Shown in pieces: positions 58,515-63,485 of a stretch of DNA of 63,485 nt. A program made the position numbers and the translations under genes. Position 1 is the stretch's first letter; each line of letters opens with the position of its first letter. The notes beneath the pieces are model-generated. The model was not told the DNA's origin. It worked only from the letters and a program-made list of their open reading frames with translations, and did not search any database. Origin of the DNA: Actinomycetota bacterium (GTDB lineage: Bacteria > Actinomycetota > Coriobacteriia > Anaerosomatales > D1FN1-002); assembly GCA_037445995.1 (NCBI GenBank), contig JBBIJK010000007.1, positions 1 to 63,485 of the forward strand. Direction: 5' to 3'.

Positions 58515-61500
58515 ATGAGCCCGCCCGCCGAGAGACCCCGTCGGCATCCCCGCGCAGTCGCGGGACCCGCCGTGGCGCTCGCACTCGTGGCTGTGGCCGC
58601 CCTCGCTTGGCCGCTGCTGGCCACGGGCGCGCCGGGCACGGCCGCGCCTCGCAACGGCGGCAAGTCCGCCCGAGAACCGCTCCCCGCGTACGCCCCCGGC
58701 GAGGTGCTCGTGCGGTTCCGCGCGGGCACGCCGGCGGCGGAGCGCGCCAGGGCCCACGCAGCGACCGGCGCGCGCGCCAAGCGCCGCTTCCCGCGCCTCC
58801 CGGGCCTGGAGCAGGTGACGTTGCCGGAGGGCGCTTCTATCGAGGCCGTCATCGCGGCGTATCGCCGCCGTCCCGACGTCCTGTACGCCGAGCCCAACCA
58901 CCTCGTCCGGTCGCTCGCCGTGCCCGACGACCCCCGCTTCGGCGAGTTGTGGGGGCTGCGGAACACCGGGCAGACAGGCGGGACCCCCGACGCCGACATC
59001 GACGCTGTGACCGCGTGGGACCGCGCCAAGGGCAGCGGCTCTGTGGTCGTGGCTGTCATCGACTCAGGGATGTCGGCCTCGCATGAGGACCTCGCGGGCA
59101 ACCTGTGGGTCAACCCCGGCGAGGTGGCCGGCAACGGGGTGGACGACGACGGCAACGGCTGGGTGGACGACGTCAGCGGGATCGACCTTGTCCAGGACGA
59201 CGTCACCCCCACCGACGAGCGCCTGCTCTTCGGCCACGGCACGCACGTGGCCGGGACGGTCGGCGCAGTGGGCGACAACGCCGTGGGGGTCGTCGGCGTC
59301 AACCACGACGTGTCGATCATGCCGATCCGCGTGCTCAACGCGCTGGACGTCGGGACCTATGCCGACATCGCGGCGGCCATCGGCTACGCCGACGCCCACG
59401 GGGCCAGGGTCGTGAACATCTCGCTGGGGGGAGGAGCGTTCAACCAGACCCTGCACGACGCCATCGCGGCCTCACCGGGGCTTGTGGTGTGCGCCGCAGG
59501 CAACGACAGCCGCGACTCAGACGTCACCCCCACCTACCCCGCCTCGTACGACCTGCCCAACATCCTGTCGGTCGGCGCGAGCACGCACCACGACGCCCGC
59601 GCCTCCTTCTCGAACTGGGGCGCGGGCAGCGTCGACGTCTTCGCGCCCGGTGACGACATCCTGAGCACCGCGCCACGCTGGGACCGGGTCTTCCGCGACC
59701 AGATGCACGACCTGGGCAACTGGGACACCTCGCGCTTCCTGCGACAGCCCTGGGCCGCGAACGGGACCCGCTTCGTCAGCCCGGCGACCGCCGCCGCGAA
59801 CCCGAACTACCCCATCAACGACATGACGTGGATGGTCACCACCGGCACAGTGGATCTCTCCGGCTACACGCGCGCCGCGCTGCGGTTCGACTACTGGCTC
59901 GACGTGGAGCTGATGTACGACTCCCTGCTGGTGCTCGTCAGCGAGGACGCCACCTTCACCTCCGACGAGCGGGTGGCGCGGCTGACCGGCCGGTTCAGGA
60001 CGTGGTACTCGCGCCTGGTCGATCTCAAGAGATGGGCTGGCAAGAGGGTGCACGTCGCCTTCGCGCTGGCCAGCGACTCGTCGATCACCTACGAGGGCGT
60101 CTGGGTCGACGACGTCGAGGTGTGGGGCGGCAACGACGACCCGCGCTACGCGCTGGCGGACGGGACCTCGATGGCCGCGCCGCACGCGGCGGGGCTGGCG
60201 GCCCTGCTGCTGGCCGAGAAGCCGTCGCTGACGACCGCCGAGCTCAAGGCGCTCGTGATGAGCACGGCCGAGCCGACCCCCGCGCTCTCGGGCCTGTGCG
60301 TGACGGGGGCGCGCATCGACGCGGGAGCGGCGCGCGCGGCGCTGGGGGACCTCGACCCGCCGGTGACGACCGCGTTTGGCGTCCCGGCCGGCTGGGCCGC
60401 GGGCGACGTCGAGATCTCGCTTTCCGCCACGGACACCGAGTCGGGCGTGGCCCAGACGTGGTACACGCTGGGCGGCGGGAGCCCCCAGGCGTACGCGGGC
60501 ACCTTCACCGTCAGCGCCGAGGGCACCACGCCCGTCGGCTACTGGTCCATCGACGCCAGCGGGAACGTCGAGCCCACCCGGACGGCCGACGTCCGCATCG
60601 ACCGGACGCCGCCGGTCACCGCCTCGGACGCCCAGGCCACCTACGAGGGCACCGCGACCATCACGCTTCTGGCGACCGACGCCCTGTCCGGCGTCGCGCT
60701 GACCGAGCACAGGCTCGACGGCGGCGCGTGGACGGCCGGCTCGGTCGTGACGGTCGGCGAGGGCGGGGACCACGATCTGGAGTACCGCTCGACCGACGCG
60801 GCGGGCAACGTCGAGGGCACCCGCGCGGCGGCCTTCCACGTTGTGGCGCCCTACGTGGACGCGGTGCCCGCCGGGACGGACGTCACGGTCGTCTCGGACT
60901 CGGGCGTCACCCTGACGTTCTCGCATGTCAGCGCGGACGGGACGGTCACGATCACCCGGCTGCCAGACCCCGACCGGCGGCTTCCCGCCAGCTGGTTCTT
61001 CGTCCCCGGCGCCGCTTACGAGATCGAGCCCGAGGTGGCGTTCACCGGCGAGGTCACGGTCACCGTCCCCTACACCGAGCCGTCCGCCTACGGCGGAGCC
61101 GAACGCCACCTCAAGCTGCTCCACAGGAACGACTGGGGCTGGGACGACGTCACCGTCTCGATCGACACGGCCGGCGACACCGTCACCGGGCGCACCTCGG
61201 ACTTCTCGCCCTTCGCGGTCGGCTACACGCCGTGGGAGCCCGGCTCGCCATCCAACTCCGGCTCGCCGGCCACGCCGCACAAGGGATACGCGACCAACAC
61301 CAACAAGTGCGCGGTCTGCCATGCCGTGCACGCCGCCGAGCCCACCGGGACGGTGCTGCTCCCGGCGACGGCCGGAGACGCGTGCGTCTACTGCCACGTC
61401 GACACCGCGCTGGGGCTGCGCCGCATCTACGGCGGCCTGCGGGCGGCCTACCTCGCGGACTCGCCGCGCGGGGCGTTCGGCGGCGGCTTCGCCCACGACG

Positions 61501-62084
61501 CCGGCGGGACGGCGTGCGCGGACTGCCACAGCGTCCACGGCGCCGGGACCTTGGACGGGGGCAACCTGACCAAGATCCTCAAGGACTGGGCGGTCTGGCG
61601 CAGCGCGCCTGGCGCCATGGACGACTACTCCACCTTCGCGCTCGCGCGCTGGCCCTCGCCCGATACCGAGCCGGGCAAGTACTCGCAGCAGACCGCGTGG
61701 TGCACCGGGTGCCACAAGTACTTCGTGGAAAGCTACGAGACCACCGTCCAGATGACGGCCGGCGGGATGTGGGTCTATGCGAAGAGCCACGTGATGACGT
61801 CGGCGCCCGGCGTCTACTCCAACCCCGCGGCGTCGGTCTCCGCGACGGTGGCCTGGGCCCCCTCGGTCCACTGCCGGAGCTGTCACGACGCGGGCGCGGT
61901 GGACACCACCGGCGGCATCGTCCCGTCAAGCTTCCCGCACTACACGCCCAGCGCGTACCGCTTCGCCACCGTGGCGGACTCGGCCGCGTCGGCGTCGGGG
62001 CAGAACGCCACCGGGACCGTCGACGGGCTGTGCCTGCGATGCCACCGCGACGGCTCCGGCGACGGCGTGGGGTCGGGCTTCTAG
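58515..62084 (+). CDS. Secreted S8 subtilase fused to a C-terminal hexaheme c-type cytochrome domain
   Basis: Signal peptide; VIDSG, HGTHVAG, AAGN, GTSMAAP; inserted jelly-roll-like domain; two PPVT beta repeats; six CxxCH motifs. Confidence 0.9.
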   Translation: MSPPAERPRRHPRAVAGPAVALALVAVAALAWPLLATGAPGTAAPRNGGKSAREPLPAYAPGEVLVRFRAGTPAAERARAHAATGARAKRRFPRLPGLEQVTLPEGASIEAVIAAYRRRPDVLYAEPNHLVRSLAVPDDPRFGELWGLRNTGQTGGTPDADIDAVTAWDRAKGSGSVVVAVIDSGMSASHEDLAGNLWVNPGEVAGNGVDDDGNGWVDDVSGIDLVQDDVTPTDERLLFGHGTHVAGTVGAVGDNAVGVVGVNHDVSIMPIRVLNALDVGTYADIAAAIGYADAHGARVVNISLGGGAFNQTLHDAIAASPGLVVCAAGNDSRDSDVTPTYPASYDLPNILSVGASTHHDARASFSNWGAGSVDVFAPGDDILSTAPRWDRVFRDQMHDLGNWDTSRFLRQPWAANGTRFVSPATAAANPNYPINDMTWMVTTGTVDLSGYTRAALRFDYWLDVELMYDSLLVLVSEDATFTSDERVARLTGRFRTWYSRLVDLKRWAGKRVHVAFALASDSSITYEGVWVDDVEVWGGNDDPRYALADGTSMAAPHAAGLAALLLAEKPSLTTAELKALVMSTAEPTPALSGLCVTGARIDAGAARAALGDLDPPVTTAFGVPAGWAAGDVEISLSATDTESGVAQTWYTLGGGSPQAYAGTFTVSAEGTTPVGYWSIDASGNVEPTRTADVRIDRTPPVTASDAQATYEGTATITLLATDALSGVALTEHRLDGGAWTAGSVVTVGEGGDHDLEYRSTDAAGNVEGTRAAAFHVVAPYVDAVPAGTDVTVVSDSGVTLTFSHVSADGTVTITRLPDPDRRLPASWFFVPGAAYEIEPEVAFTGEVTVTVPYTEPSAYGGAERHLKLLHRNDWGWDDVTVSIDTAGDTVTGRTSDFSPFAVGYTPWEPGSPSNSGSPATPHKGYATNTNKCAVCHAVHAAEPTGTVLLPATAGDACVYCHVDTALGLRRIYGGLRAAYLADSPRGAFGGGFAHDAGGTACADCHSVHGAGTLDGGNLTKILKDWAVWRSAPGAMDDYSTFALARWPSPDTEPGKYSQQTAWCTGCHKYFVESYETTVQMTAGGMWVYAKSHVMTSAPGVYSNPAASVSATVAWAPSVHCRSCHDAGAVDTTGGIVPSSFPHYTPSAYRFATVADSAASASGQNATGTVDGLCLRCHRDGSGDGVGSGF

Positions 62085-62095
62085 CGTTCGACGCC
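62056..62095. repeat. 40-bp direct repeat, copy 1
   Basis: ccggcgacggcgtggggtcgggcttctagcgttcgacgcc; 39/40 identical to 63384-63423. Confidence 0.92.
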
Positions 62096-63328
62096 TACCA
62101 GGTTGCCCGAGCCGTCGACGGTCAAGCTCACGCGCTTCTCGACGGAGACCCCTCCCTGCGAAGCCCAGTACTCCCACGTGTACGTGGTGCCCATGGGAGT
62201 GCTCACGACTATCGGTTCGTTGACGTTCACGATCCTGCCCTGCAGGTCCGGAAAGCTCTCGTACAACAGCCCGATCGGAGCTGCGGCCGATCCACCGACT
62301 GCTGAATACGGCGAGGAGGCCGTGCTATCTCCCGAGAGCGGCTTCGACATGCTGCGAAGCCACCAGTTCATCCCGATGAGGAGTCCGCCGATAAGCGCGA
62401 GAGTCAGCAGGACGCTCATGAGGGACGCGACCAGTCGGCGGCCCAGGCTCGCAGCGGGCGCCGGAGGTGTCGTTCTTAGCGGCGCCGAGGAGCGGCGGCG
62501 CCTGCGCCTGGTGCGTTCGTTGCCACCGAGGGCGGACAGCGACACGATCAGGAGTAGTAACAAGAAGAGCTTGGCCGAATCGCCAAGGAACGCCGCCGCA
62601 GCCCATGCCGCCGCGAGAATCGCGGCAAGCAGAACGAGCAACTTGACCAGCCTCGAAGTCCTAGGTGCCTCGGTCGCTCTCGACGGCTGTTTCGCCCTTG
62701 TCCGCCCGCCGTCCACTCCCGCCCGATGATTCGCATGCGCCTCGATGACCTTCGGGTCCGCCGATCTGTCAACCTCCGTCACAATCTTCACCAGGGCGGA
62801 CTGGTCGTCCGGGCTCAACGGGTGCTGGCTCATGAAGTTGTGTCGCACTGCCATGCGGTCGGGCAGTTCAGATATCTCGCTCACTCGCGCCGCGCTGATT
62901 GAGTCGAGCTCCAGCCTGCTGGTATCTGCGCCAACGAAGACGACGAGGCCGCGAACGCGGTCAAGCGGGATCTCGTGCCCCGCGTCGGCCATCGCCTGTC
63001 GTAGTACGACGAGATGCTGGTCGTTCTGCTGCAGAGGGTTCTGGAAGGGTTCGTTGCGCCCACCCGGGTAGCAGGCGGTCCATCTTCGGTCGGCGAACGT
63101 CCCCCGCAGCATGGCGCCCCGGCGAGCCTTGGTCTCGAGCACCAGTATCCCGATCTGGTCCACCAGCACGTGATCGAGCTGGGCCGTCACGAGACCGCGC
63201 GGCGTCTCTCTGGCCACCAGCACATCGTGGAGGACCCGGAACCCGTACTCCGACTCCAGCTTTGAGAGAGTAGCGGCCACCTTGAGTTCGGCCGAGTCCC
63301 CCACCATGCGAGCAGCTTCGTAGTCCAC
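62081..63328 (-). CDS. NERD (nuclease-related domain) protein with C-terminal TM helices
   Basis: G..AE..V, LHDV, QLDHVLV...GILVLETK, FQNPLQQN..H; three hydrophobic helices. Confidence 0.88.
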   Translation of the reverse strand: MDYEAARMVGDSAELKVAATLSKLESEYGFRVLHDVLVARETPRGLVTAQLDHVLVDQIGILVLETKARRGAMLRGTFADRRWTACYPGGRNEPFQNPLQQNDQHLVVLRQAMADAGHEIPLDRVRGLVVFVGADTSRLELDSISAARVSEISELPDRMAVRHNFMSQHPLSPDDQSALVKIVTEVDRSADPKVIEAHANHRAGVDGGRTRAKQPSRATEAPRTSRLVKLLVLLAAILAAAWAAAAFLGDSAKLFLLLLLIVSLSALGGNERTRRRRRRSSAPLRTTPPAPAASLGRRLVASLMSVLLTLALIGGLLIGMNWWLRSMSKPLSGDSTASSPYSAVGGSAAAPIGLLYESFPDLQGRIVNVNEPIVVSTPMGTTYTWEYWASQGGVSVEKRVSLTVDGSGNLVGVER

Positions 63329-63383
63329 CGTTCCCCCCTAGTCCAGATCGGCACGAATACCCAATGACTGCCCGCATCGTACA

Positions 63384-63423
63384 CCGGCGGCGGCGTGGGG
63401 TCGGGCTTCTAGCGTTCGACGCC
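63384..63423. repeat. 40-bp direct repeat, copy 2
   Basis: ccggcggcggcgtggggtcgggcttctagcgttcgacgcc. Confidence 0.92.
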
Positions 63424-63485
63424 CCGCACGCGCAGCTTCGCCCGCAGCGCGAGCGCCCGCACCCCGCAGCGGACCCTCGCCGCCC
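63409..63485 (-). CDS. Possible 3' end of a gene entering from beyond the window
   Basis: Open frame ...RALALRAKLRVRGVER* ending in the TAG inside repeat copy 2; only 24 codons visible. Confidence 0.35.
   Translation of the reverse strand, partial: AARVRCGVRALALRAKLRVRGVER

Noticed and set aside
59517-62305. 789-aa and 825-aa alternative-frame ORFs over the subtilase gene
   Set aside because: Arg/Gly-rich off-frame translations with no recognisable domains
62056-63423. IS element or prophage
   Set aside because: No transposase, integrase or terminal inverted repeats; reported as a repeat-bounded cassette

Overview
High-GC, gene-dense bacterial window with about 66 CDS. Gene content and order suggest an anaerobic Actinomycetota, probably Coriobacteriia-like (inference). 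Left to right: a yefM-yoeB toxin-antitoxin pair; a minus-strand housekeeping run (tilS-hpt-ftsH-folE-folP-folK-panBC-nadABC-dedA-birA) with a candidate pan RNA motif; an osmoprotectant ABC transporter; a surface-glycan cluster with a D-glucuronyl C5-epimerase homologue and UDP-glucose dehydrogenase; futalosine-pathway genes mqnE-mqnA-mqnC; sdaAB-sdaAA; an MTAP-family plus amidohydrolase pair; liv ABC genes; a glutaredoxin / FTR-Rieske fusion / cysK / Rrf2 block; and a cobalamin-riboswitch-led btuFCD-cobO operon. Directly upstream of that operon lies an arsR-hgcA-hgcB mercury-methylation operon with a visible promoter and palindromic operator. The right end holds two paralogous unknown ~190-aa proteins flanking a 4Fe-4S protein and a CcmC-like gene, a chemoreceptor, a secreted subtilase fused to a six-CxxCH cytochrome c domain, and a NERD nuclease gene between 40-bp direct repeats. 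Best novelty candidates: the subtilase-hexaheme fusion, the hgcAB-linked paralog pair, the hgcAB/B12-import linkage, the FTR-Rieske fusion and the repeat-bounded NERD cassette. Many start codons were moved from the ORF track using RBS and stop/start overlap evidence. No database searches or computations were run; family calls rest on motif recognition.
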